From: the human T2T-CHM13v2.0 reference genome, Homo sapiens
NCBI RefSeq assembly: GCF_009914755.1
Contig: NC_060944.1
Strand: one strand, 5' to 3'
DNA: 64,000 bases
How positions within the stretch are numbered: the first letter of the stretch is position 1; the number at the start of each line of letters is the position of its first letter. Under the pieces are notes generated by a model. The model made no database searches and was not told where the DNA came from. It saw only the letters and a list, made by a program, of their open reading frames with translations. Below, one piece after another: positions 13,920 to 28,564 of the stretch. A program made the position numbers and the translations under genes.

Positions 13920-14148
13920 CCTCTATATTCTTTAAGTAGGATTTTTAGGAGGACAAGCAGCAAGAAGGAAAGAAAGACAAAAGGAGGAGAAAAAAAGAGC
14001 CCACAACCTGAGGAAATGAGAAATGGAAATATCAGGAAAAAGAAACAAGCCTAGACATATGCTAGTGAAACAGTAGCGCTATCCCCATCAAAGGTAATGA
14101 TAAGACAAGGACCTCACTGTCCACAGATGCTGCTCATCAATATGCTGA

Positions 14149-14925
14149 TGTAATTGCCTGATGGGGTGTTCCTGCCCACTGCACAGAAAAAACCAATTCA
14201 CTGAGACTGTAGAATTGCAGTAAAGAAACAGTTTAATTAATGTGAGGACAGCCATGTAGAAGAACTGGAGTTATCACTCAAATCAGTCTCCCCAAAATCT
14301 CCGAGTTAGGGTTTTTCAAGGATAGTTTGGTGGGTGGGGAAATAGGGAATGGGTGCTGCTGATTGGCTAGGAATTCAATGATAGGGGTGTGGAAAACAGT
14401 CCTTGTGCACTGAGCCCACTTCTGGGTGGTGGTGGGGTGGCCACAAGACCAGTTGAATCATGAGTTATGTGAATCCAGGTGGGGTTGCCAGAATGCAAAA
14501 ATCTGAAAAACATCTCAAAAGACCAATTGTAGGTCTACAGCAGTGATGTTATCTATAGGAACAACTGAGGAAGTCACAAATCTTGTGACCTCTGGCTACA
14601 TAACTTCTGAGCAGTTAGGGATTATAGAAATTATACCTACATTTTAGCAGAATTCAGGCCCTTTCCATAATCATAATCTTATGGCCTTTCATTAGTCTTA
14701 CAAAGGCTGTTTTAGGTCCTTGAGCAAGAAGGGGGTTAGTTCTAGGGAGGGGCTATTATTACCATCCTTGCTTTCAAGTTAAAGTATCAGCTAAATTCCT
14801 CCCACAGTTAACTTGGCCTACACCCAGTAATGAGTGAAAACAGCCAGCTTGTGAGGTTAGAGGCAAGATGGGGTTAGCCATGCTAGACTTCTTGCATTGC
14901 CATAATCTTTGCAAAGGTGGTTTCA
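14149..14925 (-). mobile_element. MER4D/E-like ERV1 solo LTR
   Basis: Reverse strand starts tgaaaccacctttgcaaagattatg; TG...CA termini. Confidence 0.75.
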
Positions 14926-14959
14926 CTGGGCAGTCTAGCTAGTGAAATAAAATGAGGAA

Positions 14960-15365
14960 TGTTAAAGAAAAAAGTATTCTGACACTTGTTAAAATGTTAA
15001 GAAATGCTTCATTTAAGACTATTCCAATCAGGGAGAGAGATGCTCAACTCCACATACAGCAAAGACAGCGGGGGATTTATAGCTGATGAGCACTGAGAAG
15101 GAGTCAGTAGATGGGAAATTACTAAGAGGAGACACCAAGGGTGGGGGGATTCTTGCTGAACCAACTTAACAAGATTCTTGCCAAAGACAGGCCAGAATAA
15201 TCAATTATCAAGGGTGAGGGATTTTCTCTAAACTGAATTAGCAGGATTCTTGCTAAAAATGGGCTAGGCAGGCTGAAGACAGGAGAGGTGTCAATGTGGG
15301 GGCTTAGTTGAGAAGGGAGCTCAGAGGAGCCTGGGTAGAGTTTGGTGAGCAGAGAGCTTTATTCA
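14960..15365 (-). mobile_element. MER31-like ERV1 LTR
   Basis: 'ggggggattcttgctgaacc', 'gctcagaggagcctg...gtttggt'. Confidence 0.7.
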
Positions 15366-15379
15366 GGAACCAAAGAGCT

Positions 15380-16680
15380 GAAACTGTCACTGTCTGCAGA
15401 TAACATGATGGTCTACCAATAACTTCAACAACAGCAACAGTAATGGTTAGAACTTTTGAGAAAGTTTATTATATTTGTCAAATATAAACTAAAAATTGAA
15501 AAAATGATTTTCCCATACATCATAGCAATTATAGCAATTAATTTTTTACAAATCTCAATTGCCAGATGTACAAAAATCTGTAAACTACTTGAAAATAAAT
15601 GTGAACAAAATATTCCAGTTCTAACTAAATGCAATTATTAAAATTTACTAATGGAGAATCATGTTTACGCTTGGGGGAGCAGTGACTAAAAAGGAGAGTG
15701 AAGGAGTCTGTTTGGGGCTGGCAATCCTTTGTGTCTCGATCAATTAAAAGTTTATACAATTTTCAGATGAACATAGAAAGGACATTTAAAGTTGGAGAAT
15801 ATTAGCATATTTGTTGGTGAGAAAACCCTGTTTTGTAAAATTGTCCCTTTTCCTAAATTTAATATTAAATTCAATGCTATACTAATACACATTCCAAGGT
15901 TCTTTATGAAACTTCACAAGTTTCCCTGGTGGGAGGTAATTGAATCATGGGAGCAAGTCTTTCCCATGTTGTTCTCGTGATAGTGAATAAGTCTCATGAG
16001 ATCTGATGGTTTTATACAGAGGAGTTCCCCTGTATAAGTTCTCTCTTCTCTTGTCTGCCGCCATGTGAGACATGACTTTCACCTTCCACCATGATTGTGA
16101 GGCCTGCCCAGCCACATGGAAATGAAAGTCCATTAAACTTTTTTCCTGTATAAATTACCCAGTCTCAGGTATATCTTTATCAGCAGCATAGAAACAGACT
16201 AATGCATCCTGTAAAGACACAATAATTAAAATGTTATAGTATTGGATTAAGAATATACAGATTGAATAGTAGAATAGGTTAGAATTCAGAAATAGACCAA
16301 ATTATATATAGAAATCTAGTAACTGATAAAGTTAATAATTCAAATCAATGGAAAAATGATGGGCCATTTAACCAATGGTATTAGATAATTTACCATTCCT
16401 GTGAGGGAAAGAAAGTCAGTTTCTACCATATCTCATGCACAAAATTAAATTAAGGAATAATTAGAGATCTAGATGATTTCTAATAGTACCAGATGAAAAT
16501 ACAGGAGAATAATTTTATAATCTTTGTCTGAGGGAGGACCTCCTAAATAAGACTGAAATCCTAAAGCCATAAAGGAAATTGTTAACATAAATGACTTTAT
16601 AAAAATGAAGGACTTCTGCATAGGGAAAGACATGGAAAACAAAATTAAGATACTGGAGTGAGACTTGAAAGTTATAGCAT
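15380..16680 (+). mobile_element. Old L1M ORF2 remnants split by THE1
   Basis: 'aaactgtcactgtctgcagataacatgatggtctac' (decayed RT FADD region), 'aaattcaatgctatac', 'agaaatagacc'. Confidence 0.55.
15927..16206 (+). mobile_element. THE1B/C LTR, 5'-truncated
   Basis: 'gggaggtaattgaatcatggg...gagatctgatggtttta...aaattacccagtctcagg...agactaatgca'. Confidence 0.85.
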
Positions 16681-16913
16681 TGTATAACCTCCATCACCTC
16701 CACCCCATTCTCACTCTCACTCAGCTCATGACCTTGTTTCCTACTGCAATGAGAAAATGAAAGCAGTCAGAGATAATCCAAAGATTTCCACAAGCAGTGC
16801 CCCCACCCTCCCACCACCCTCGTAATCTCACTTCCCTCCTGTCACTGCAGATAAGCTGGCCAGCTCCTCCAAATTCTTCACTTGTAAGCTAGACCTCATC
16901 TTTTTTTTTCCTT

Positions 16914-17576
16914 TGTTTGGGGCTCAAAAAAACGACACCCCAAAGTATGGTGCCTGGGCATGCTGAGTACTTTGAACTAAAGGACATTGGAAGACATCAG
17001 AAGCAGCCTCAGAACCAGAGTCTCTCTGACCTTCTCTTGCCCTCCTGCCTCCTGCCCCTCATTCTTCCTGGAAGCAAGCCATAGAAATCAGAATTCTTTT
17101 TCCTCAAGGCATATCATAAAAACTAGAACGCATTTTCCCCAAAGTCAGCCACAGCAACTAGAATTATCACTCTAACTGTCCCCCACCTTTCTGTGTAAGA
17201 GCTGGCCATAAAGAAATTCTCTGACCTACCCTTGTCTGATAGTAGGTCATAAGACCCTCATTCGAGGTGGGGTCCTGCCCCATACCCTGGAAGAAGAAAT
17301 GCTGCAAGGAGCGCCAAGAAGAATCTGAATAGACAGGCTTTGCTGGTTTTCCCCACATCAATCTACCATTAGATCATACCTTTTTTGTCCAATCATAAAA
17401 ATGGAGTTTTTCCTTGAGTCTTTGGGTCTTCATTCTGAAGGCCCCCGTATCATGTAACATTTTGATTTAAAAAGTCTGTTTTTCTTTCTTCTTGTTAACC
17501 TGTCTTTTGTTATAAAAGTGTCAGCTGTGATCTTTATAATGGGGAGAAAAGATATTGCACCCCTTCTACTCCTACA
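16914..17576 (+). mobile_element. MER39-like ERV1 solo LTR inserted in L2
   Basis: Starts tgtttggggctcaaaaaaacgacaccccaaagtatgg...gcatgctgagtactttgaactaaagg; ends cctaca. Confidence 0.7.
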
Positions 17577-17891
17577 CCTCCCTCGGTGACATGGCTACAT
17601 TTGCCATCTCCAGGTAGAACTCTCTCTTGAGTCTGATACACCCAGCTGCCCTGCTGGGCCTCTCTGCTTGGATGTTTTATGGGCATCTCAAGGTCAGTAT
17701 GTCCAAAACTGAACTCTTGATCTTCCCCCCAAAACTTACTTTATCCATAAACTTTTCCTTCTCAGTTGATGGCAATTTCAACCTTCCACTTCCTCAGATT
17801 CCTGAAAACTGGAGTCTACTGTCTTCCTTTCACATTCCACTTCCTATTGTAAGAGCACCCTTTTGGGCCCCCATTTAAAGTCTCTATCCAG

Positions 17892-18180
<289 letters not shown>

Positions 18181-18222
<42 letters not shown>
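18181..18222 (+). repeat. (CA)~21 microsatellite in the Alu tail
   Basis: Uninterrupted CA run directly visible. Confidence 0.97.
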
Positions 18223-18225
<3 letters not shown>

Positions 18226-20002
18226 TATCCAGAATTTGTTCACTTGCCCTCACCTCCACAGCTAGCTCCCTGGTCTGAACCACGACCACCTCTCACTTGA
18301 ATTTTGATATTAGCTTCAGAGCTTGTCTCCTTGTTTCTATCCTGTGCTTTTAACACAGCATCCAAAGTGATCCTGCAAAACATAAATGTAGTTTTTTCAA
18401 AGTCTTTCAAACTCTCTCCTGGTCACTCAGAGTAAAAGCCAAAGTCCTTACAGTGGGCTCTGACCTCCCTGACTGCTCAGCCCTGCTGGCTCTGCTCCTG
18501 GCTGCACTGAGCCCCTGCTGCTTGTTGTTCATGCTGGGCACACTGCACCTGAGCGTTTGTACTGGTGGCTCGTGCTCTTGAACACCTTTACCTCAGGTGG
18601 CCCTGGATTAACTTCCTCACCTCCCTCAAATCTTTGCTCAAATGTCACTTTTTAAATAAGGCCTGTCCTGATCATCCCATTTAAAATTGCAATCCCACTC
18701 CCTAAATTGCACACCTGATCCTCCCTAATCTATTTTAAAAACATTTATGACCTTCCGAAATACCGTATCATTCAAACCACCAGGAAGCTGACATGATCTC
18801 AACTTTCCCAGGGTGGTAATTGTTCAACCCCATGGCTTTCCAAGACAAGTGCCTTTCCCTCAACATAGAGCCAGACTTTTGTCTCAACATTCTGAGTCTT
18901 TTATCAGTTGAGTGAAACTTGCAGAGGAAAAATACAAAATGAATGACTGGACACATTGATGATGAGCTGTGGTCCCTGCTATTGCTGTGGGGGGAGGTGG
19001 AATATGTGTGCATTGGGGTTGAGGGTGCCTTGGTTCAAATTCCGGGCTCACTCTTTGTTAAGTATATGAAATTTTGCAAATTGCTTCAGATAATGAGAGC
19101 CTGGGATCCTGTAGTACAGAAGTGAGGAAATGAGGTGGAGAATTAGCTGTTGAGAGCAGCTGGGTCTGAGGTTATTCACAGGTTATTCATCCACTCTTTG
19201 GACAAAAGTTACCAAGAACCAATCATATTGGAGAGATTCACCACATGGTTGAGAGTCATAAGTGCCTGGAAGGAAATGCAACTTAGGTCCTAAGGACAGT
19301 GTGAAATGGAGACAAGGAGACACCAGCCTTCAAAGCTTCTGCTCGCCTTGCAGGATGGTAAATGGATGGAACCCTGTACTTTGAGCCCTAAAGAGAGACT
19401 TGTGGAGTTGAGCCCTCAAGGGAGATTTTGGGAGAGCAGGCAGGCCCCTGTCGAGGCCCGCAGAACCCTGGCCACCCCTGCAGGGAGAGCATGTCATGTG
19501 GGGATTCAGGTGTCAGGTCAGCATGTAGCCTGTTCTTACCGCAGCCAGCCTCTACCTGGGTCACCCCTGTCCAGGGATGCTCTACTGTTGAGAGAAAGTG
19601 GTCTTCACCAGCCAGCTTTGTCTGGGGTAAAAACAAGCAAAGCCAGGCAGGGATTCTGAGAAGGCAGGAGGTTCTGATTAGCACAATTATCCAAAAGTTT
19701 AAGGAACAAATATCCACTCGGAACTCATTATTTTGTTGTACTGGGTGGCAATTTCCACAGATTTCAAACTCAAATGCAGGCTTGTTGGATTTAACTCTCA
19801 CTGTCAATAAAAGCCATGAAAGGCATATGCAATCAGCCCTTAATATTTAAAATGTTTCCCCATTAAAAAAATTGAGATACTTTATATATAGTAGAATTTA
19901 CCTTTTTCATGTGGAGCTATCTGAGGGCAACCATCACCACAGTCAATATATAGAATAATTCCAGAACCCCCTTGAAATTCCCTAGTGCTGCTCCTCTGTA
20001 GG

Positions 20003-20385
20003 CAGGTCCAGCTCCATAATTTTTGAGGTCTTGTGTAAAATGCAGGAAAAAAAAGGCCATTAAAGTTACTAAAGTACAACGCTTTTTTATTTCATCTTGA
20101 GTCTTTTTTTTTTTTTTTTGACTTGGGCTGGGGTTTTTAAAATTTGCTATTTAATGTTCTAAGTGAAGAAAAATTAAAATTTTACACTACCATAAACTTT
20201 ATGTAATGTCAGCTTTATGTGCAAATATAAGAACATTCAACTGGTATGTGAAACCATGGAAACAATTTATATTTTGTAGCTTGTACATGCACCCGTGTTT
20301 CATTCTTACTAGAATGATGGAAAGCAGCACATAACTAACTCAATTGTTTTTATTTCACTTCTTGATGAACACACTTTCTACCAAC
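20003..20385 (+). mobile_element. MER45B-like hAT-Tip100 DNA transposon fragment
   Basis: Starts caggtccagctccataattt; 'ataactaactcaattgtttttatttcacttcttgat'. Confidence 0.7.
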
Positions 20386-22179
20386 CACCTATGGAGCCAG
20401 AAGGTTGCAGAACATGCTTTGCTTTGAGTCTCTGTGTGATTCTATGTCCTGTATCCAGCATCTTCCTGCTGTTCCCCCTGGGGGCCGCTCCTGACTAATT
20501 CCTTATCAGCTTTCTGGTGATCTAGCGCATCTTTGACTCCCCTTCCATCTTGCCGACTGGCTCCCTGTCCTGCTTGTATTTCGGTGGACACCATTCTCAT
20601 TCTCTTATTCTCATTGTGTTGGCAGCTTCACTTTGGCCAAGCCAACGCTGTATTCTCTGGTTCCTGGGTTGAACCTTATTTCTCCACAGAACGATCTGCA
20701 AACAACGAGCAAGCTGATGACCAAAGGAGGCCTCCTTCACTGTAGGGATCCCTTCTCATTTCTCACAGGGATCCCTTCTGGCAGCAGTGTGAGGGGACAG
20801 GTGTTTCTCATTCCTCCTCCCTGGCCAGAGCTCCTCCCCAGAATACCATGCTCAGAGGGTGAGAGTGAAGCAGAGTGAGAGCCTGGAGTCCAGAATCTGA
20901 ATGGGTTCCGATTCCAGGGTACCATTTTCAGCTATGTGACCGTAAACAAGCTCCATGCCTCAGTTTTCCCATCAGTAGAAGGGGAAAAATAATAGCATCA
21001 AGTGGAACTTGTTTTAATTCTTTTGAAAGATAGCATACATAAGTACATGTAAGTGTAGAGTAGACAAATTTTCACAAACGGAACACATCCATGCATCAGA
21101 CCAAGAAACAGTCCCACCTCCCACCCCCATAGATCAGGGTTGCTTTGAGGATAAATGAGCTAACATTTATAAAATCCTTAAAACAGTGCCTGGCATACAG
21201 CAATCATTTTATCACAATTTGTTTTTTAAAAAACAAGTTAATTAGGAGGGAACTGTTGGCTTCATGAAGCTCAGCCGCTTACTTCATTTTAGTGAAAGCT
21301 TGGCTGTCGCACAAGTTTAGGGCCCCCTCTCTTCATATGGTGCAGCCGGCAGGATGAGTTAAGAGTCTTCAAAAATAATCAATTATTTTCTTATCCCAAA
21401 GGACCAGGTGGTGCATTATACAGCAAATGGTTCCCGTGGAATGCAACAATTTTGCTTAGATGGGAAAAGCAATATGCAATCAGGCTGCTGTCACCACTTA
21501 ATAAAGGGCCAGATGCTGTCGTGCATGGCAGCCAGGGTGGCCCATGGGGAGCCAGCACAGCCTGGACCCTGGTTAACAGGGCCAGAAATCAGAGGTCTAG
21601 GGGCAGGGGGAAGGGGACTTCTGGATGTGGCTTTGTTCATTGCCTGATTATCCCATGAGATGCACAAGGAAAACTGGCCCGAGAAAAGTTTCTATAGAAA
21701 TGGCCAGAATGAACTGAAGCAGGGTTGGAAGAATTAGTGCATTCACAACTAATTTCACACAATCCTCTAAAACTTATGAACAGAGGAAATGGTTATACTA
21801 TTTATGGTGCCTTACTGCACTTTTATTTTAACTCAGAATACATCTGTGCCCCTTCTCTTGCCTTTTATGACACAAAGACCAAAGGGGGAAAAAAAAGAAA
21901 AGAAATAAGGAAAAAAAGACAATAACACCAGATCACAAAATTAAATCAAAGAATTTAGAAGGAGAAAAATAATGGTTGCCAGTATATTTTCTGGAACACA
22001 TTAAATTATGGAAAAATAATAAGTATTCTGTTCCACTATCGCTTGGAGTTGTCTCCACTATAGGGATGGAAAACTAAAGACAAGTGAGAAGATAGAAGAG
22101 GGGGAAGACATTTCCTGAGGGAGTGGACTAAGGACAGGAGGCAGCTTCTGAGGTTATTGGTGCATTACATTGTTCTAGA

Positions 22180-24781
22180 ACGAATCCACACCCATATTTT
22201 GGAGGTAGAAGTCTTACATGGTTTTGGCATTAAGGAAAACATCCAAGCAACAATTTCAGAAAATTTGTAGCATTCTCTGCATTGCAAAGAGACTTTTAAA
22301 ATTTTTAGAATGTTTCTCTAAACAAGGGCAGATGTGATTTTTTTAAAGTCATTAAATAATTACGCTTGCAGAGCTATAGGCCCACAGTCCATCAAGACAA
22401 TTTTTCTGAGGCTTAGAGTTCTCTTTAGACACATCTCAGAGGCCAGAATTGCTTCCAGGGTGCAGAGTGTCACTACCACAGCTGGATAAGACCTGTGCTT
22501 GTGTCTATTGGCAGAACTCGGAGTAGAGGAAAGCACAAATGGGGAACCAGCTGGGAATGTCATGGCTGCTCCTGCAATTTCTTCTGTCCATCCACAAAAA
22601 AGGTGAACATGGTCCCCTTTACCTCACTTCAGGGTTTAAAAAATTATTTTTAATTATGATAGGTACATAAGAGTTGTACATATTTATGGGGATTATTTTT
22701 TAAATCAAGAAGAAATGTATGGTGCCCACGAGGAGCGTGTGTGTGTGTGTATGTGTGAGTGTTTATGGGAGAGAAGAAGATAGAGTGCTTCATTAAATCC
22801 CTGAGCATGTCTAAATTTTAATATCTTAGGCCTACAGGTTCAACAGAAAAAAATCCGTCAATAACGTTCAAAAATAATTCATGAAAATCAGGACAGTCCA
22901 CATTATACTGTACATAAGGCATTCTAGTTTCAGACCTTGTGCAAATGAACAGTGGCTGCTGTGCAGGAGGGAAGTCTATGTCATATAGCTGGTGAAGCTG
23001 AAGTCCTTATTGGCTGAATTAAGACAATACCCAGATGGCTTCTGCTGTAGCTACATTCTAAGTTTCTAAGTTAGCAAAATTGTAAAACCACTAGGCTATT
23101 GAACTTGCAAAATTCCACAATAATATTATGAACTCTAAATGAGTCGACTAGTTTTTCCAGATTTCTGATATGATGTATTCAGTTTGGGTTAGAGTGCTTT
23201 TTCCTCTTAGGCATTAGGCCTCTAAAAGGTAAGTCAGTGAAAGTATCGTGCATAAGGATTTGTAAGGATATGAGGACAGTGGGTGGATTCAACACAAATG
23301 GTGATTTGGCCAACATGGGTTTCAAAGTCTGACTAAATTCATATAATCAGTCTGTGTTCTCTCCTAACAGAGTGAATATGGCATTTTGCTGATGAGGCAC
23401 AATGACAAGCTCAAACACACCTGAGCCGTCTTCTAGGGAGAGCTGTTCAGCCACACACGGGGCCCCGCCAGTGGTAGATTAAAGAGGGCAGGAAACTCTT
23501 CGACACTCCTCCTATTGAGAGGTGGCTGCTAATTCCCCTCCCCTTGATTTTATGCTGGACTTAATGTCAAAAAGAATGCAGCGAAGTTAGGGTTAGGACT
23601 CCTGAAATGAGGTAAGAGGAAAGCTTTCAGCTTCTGCCCAGGCTTCTCGACATATTCACTCTTAAACCCAGTTGTCCATATTGTGAGGAAGTTCAAGAAG
23701 ACCTGTGGAGAAACTCATGTGGAAAGGAACTAAAGCCCCAGATGCCAACTCTGGCTTTTCTCCTAGCTGACAGCACCAAGTTGCCAGCCATAAGAGTGAC
23801 CCATCCTTGAAAGTGGATACTCAACCCCAGTTGCTTCAGTTGACACCACATTGAGCAGAGATGAACTGTACCCTCCAAGCCCTGTCAAAATGGCAGATTT
23901 ATGAGCAAAATGACTTTTGTTGTTTTAACTACTGAGATGTTTTGTTGCTGGTTTTGTTTTTGTTGTTGTTTTACATAGCAGTAGATGACTAGAACAGCAT
24001 CCAAGTTCTGGTCCACAATATATTGGAACTTAATTGCCATGTTTTGTGTTTGGGGGCAAGTGAGTACCTGTGATTTAGCCTTTATCTCCGTGGGACTCAT
24101 CTGCTTCTTAGTTCTGCTCCACAGAAAGCAGGTTCACCTTGTTAAGCAGCTAGGACATGTTGAAAGAGTGGGTTCACCATTATCTCCATCTTTTGTATCA
24201 GGCGGTAGATGTTGGCGTTGCTGTCCATAGTGGCCAAGCTCCTACCATGGTGCTGCTTCTGTGGCACACTCAGGTTTCCTGGGGAGTACTCAGGTATTGA
24301 GCAGATCCTTTCTGGAGTGGGAGGGGATTTCTTCTCTGAAAAGGCCATTGCTGAAGGGCTCTACCTCTGCTCTTGCCAGCTTGCCTCCATTTTCTTGGCA
24401 GGGTGAGCTACTCATCCAAATCTTCATGCCTGCCAGCAGCCCTTCAGAATCAGATATCTGTTTCCACACTGAATAAAGGGGCTGGGCAGACCCTCATTGT
24501 TGTATGCTTTTGTTTGTTGGAGTCCTGGAGGAAACTGAATACATAGTCTAGAAGGTGCATCTTGGAAGCTTTGGACATCACTGAATTTTTCAGGGCAATA
24601 TCTGTACCCTATATGTCTACCTTCCCAAGATTCTCTTTTAGGATTGCATCATCATCAATGAATTTAGTTGTGACTTATTCTTTCCCATCTGGACTTGAGT
24701 TCTATACTCTGCAGAGTGGAACCTTATAAATATGGGCCATGTGTGCATGCAAACGTAGCTTTGGGAGTGGAATCCTCCCAT
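22180..24781 (-). pseudogene. Candidate decayed intronless atlastin-like (GB1/RHD3 GTPase) gene fossil, interrupted by an MLT1 LTR; core 23215-24781
   Basis: Manual minus-strand translation across frameshifts gives, in atlastin order: QVQM; [85 protein letters not shown]; RGL. Compared with ATL1 recalled from memory; no search run. Confidence 0.55.
23470..23996 (+). mobile_element. MLT1G/H-like MaLR solo LTR
   Basis: gtggtagattaaag...ttcgacactcctcctattgagaggtgg ... gcagtagatgactagaaca. Confidence 0.8.
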
Positions 24782-24992
24782 GCAGGGCTCTGATTGGGGT
24801 GGCCTGGGGAGTTGCTGGGGGTGGAAGGTGCTACATTTATGTCCCCCCCCCCACCCATTTTCTGGTGTCATCCACCGTACTTTTACATAATGTGATGGGA
24901 CTCCAGCAGAACGTCACAGGAACTCCTGATACAGTGAGACCAAAACTACTCTGCCTCTCCCTCAGTGGAGGAGGCTAACACAATATATATAT

Positions 24993-25114
24993 TTTATAGG
25001 GACAGGGTCTCAACGTGTTGCCTAGGCTGATCTCAGACTCATGGGCTCAGCAATCCTTCCACCTGGACCTCCCAAAGTGCTGGGATTACAGGCATGAGCC
25101 ACGACACCTGGCAG
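24993..25114 (-). mobile_element. FLAM_C / Alu left monomer
   Basis: Reverse-strand monomer 'ctcccaaagtgctgggattacaggcatgagccac'; aatatat on both flanks. Confidence 0.8.
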
Positions 25115-26213
25115 CCAATATATTTAAAATTAAAAACACATACACCTTCATCCTAGAGATTCCACTTCTAGAATATTTTTTACTTGTTATTTACCACATT
25201 TTTAGTAGAAAAATATCTGAAACATCATGAATACATATTAACAACCCATTGATTTAATATATGGTCATTCTTTCCAGGCAGTGTCAAGTTGCCTTTAAAC
25301 ATATGTAGTAGAACTAGATCAGTTGATATGACAAATCTAAATGCTTAGAAGGTGCCTGAAACATATTATGTGTACAATAACTAATGGCTTTAGTTGTCAT
25401 AAGAAAGAAAAATAAAAACACAGGTATATGGCTATATATTACATATATATCTACATGTATGTCTATATAAATGAATATATATCATTTATAGCTGTAAAAC
25501 AACATAAAAATCCTTTTTATATGTGAATACATACATATGTATGATTAGGTGAACACAGAGAACATTGTGGATGGATACCATACCAGCTTGTGAATGATGA
25601 GATACCTGGAAGGGTGAAAAAGAGGGAACTGGAGGTAGGGGGAGAAAGACAAAACAGATAAAAGTGTCCAAAATAAAACATCTTTGAAAGTTTATATATG
25701 TAAATATACAGAGAAAGAAAGAGAAATGAAAAGCTGGTTATCAAACTATAAATGGTAATGAGGGTCTCAGAATTTTTTCCTAAATTCTTTCTTTTTCTTT
25801 TCTCTACTTTTTGAATTTTCAGAAACACTGAACGTGTGTTATTCATATAGCTGGAAAATAAACGCTATTTTCGATTTTGAAAAAACAATATGAATAGTAA
25901 AGCTATCTCTCTGATCCTTTAACGATTAAGAAAGGCTGATGATGATGATGATGGTGATAGTAATGAGTGGCTAACATTATTTGCACACTTACCGTGTGTC
26001 TGACACTGTTGGGATTTTAGAAGTAATAAGCATCTTTATTCTTTTAAGTATTTACAAATGCTTCCAATCCTAAAGCTGAAAAAACCCTCAGCTCTCTGAC
26101 CCCAAATGCTCATTTCACATATGAAGGATTTGAATGAGGAGAAATGCAAGGACTTCCTTACTGATGTCTCCATTTGGAAGAGCTGAGTCTCCTGACTCAC
26201 AGTTAGATGCTCA

Positions 26214-26798
<585 letters not shown>

Positions 26799-27015
26799 TT
26801 AGAGGTATAAAGCCATCAAGATGTATGTTTAAGAATTGTAAGTATTGTATCCTTCATCATATATGAATTATGCTTCCATAAAACACAGTTAAAAAGAGAC
26901 ATACTAGTTGGGGACACTGTCATATACATAGTTTCAAAAGAAGGTGTGTTAGCCCCTTCTTGCATTGTTATAAAGAAATATATGAGGCTGGGTAATTTAT
27001 AAAAAAAGAAGTTTA

Positions 27016-28361
<1,346 letters not shown>

Positions 28362-28564
28362 AAAAAAAGAAGTTTAATTGGCTCATGGTTCTGTAGGCTG
28401 TGCAAGCATGGCACCAGCATCTGCTCCTGGTGAGGGCCTCAGGAAGCTTCCAGTCATGGCAGAGCAAGCATGTCACTACAAGGGAGTGGGGGGTCCCAGA
28501 CTCTTTCAAGCAACCAGATCTTGTGTGAACTGAGTGAGAGCTCACTCATCACCAAGGTGATGGT

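Noticed and set aside
19306-19850. Three overlapping 117-140-aa ORFs
   Set aside because: Consistent with chance ORFs in a GC-richer patch; no homology recognised.
20744-20779. Repeated agggatcccttct 13-mer
   Set aside because: Short local duplication with no further structure.
24528-24580. [16 protein letters not shown] read as a bHLH helix 2
   Set aside because: There is no basic region or helix 1 upstream, and the flanking motifs fit the atlastin P-loop context better.
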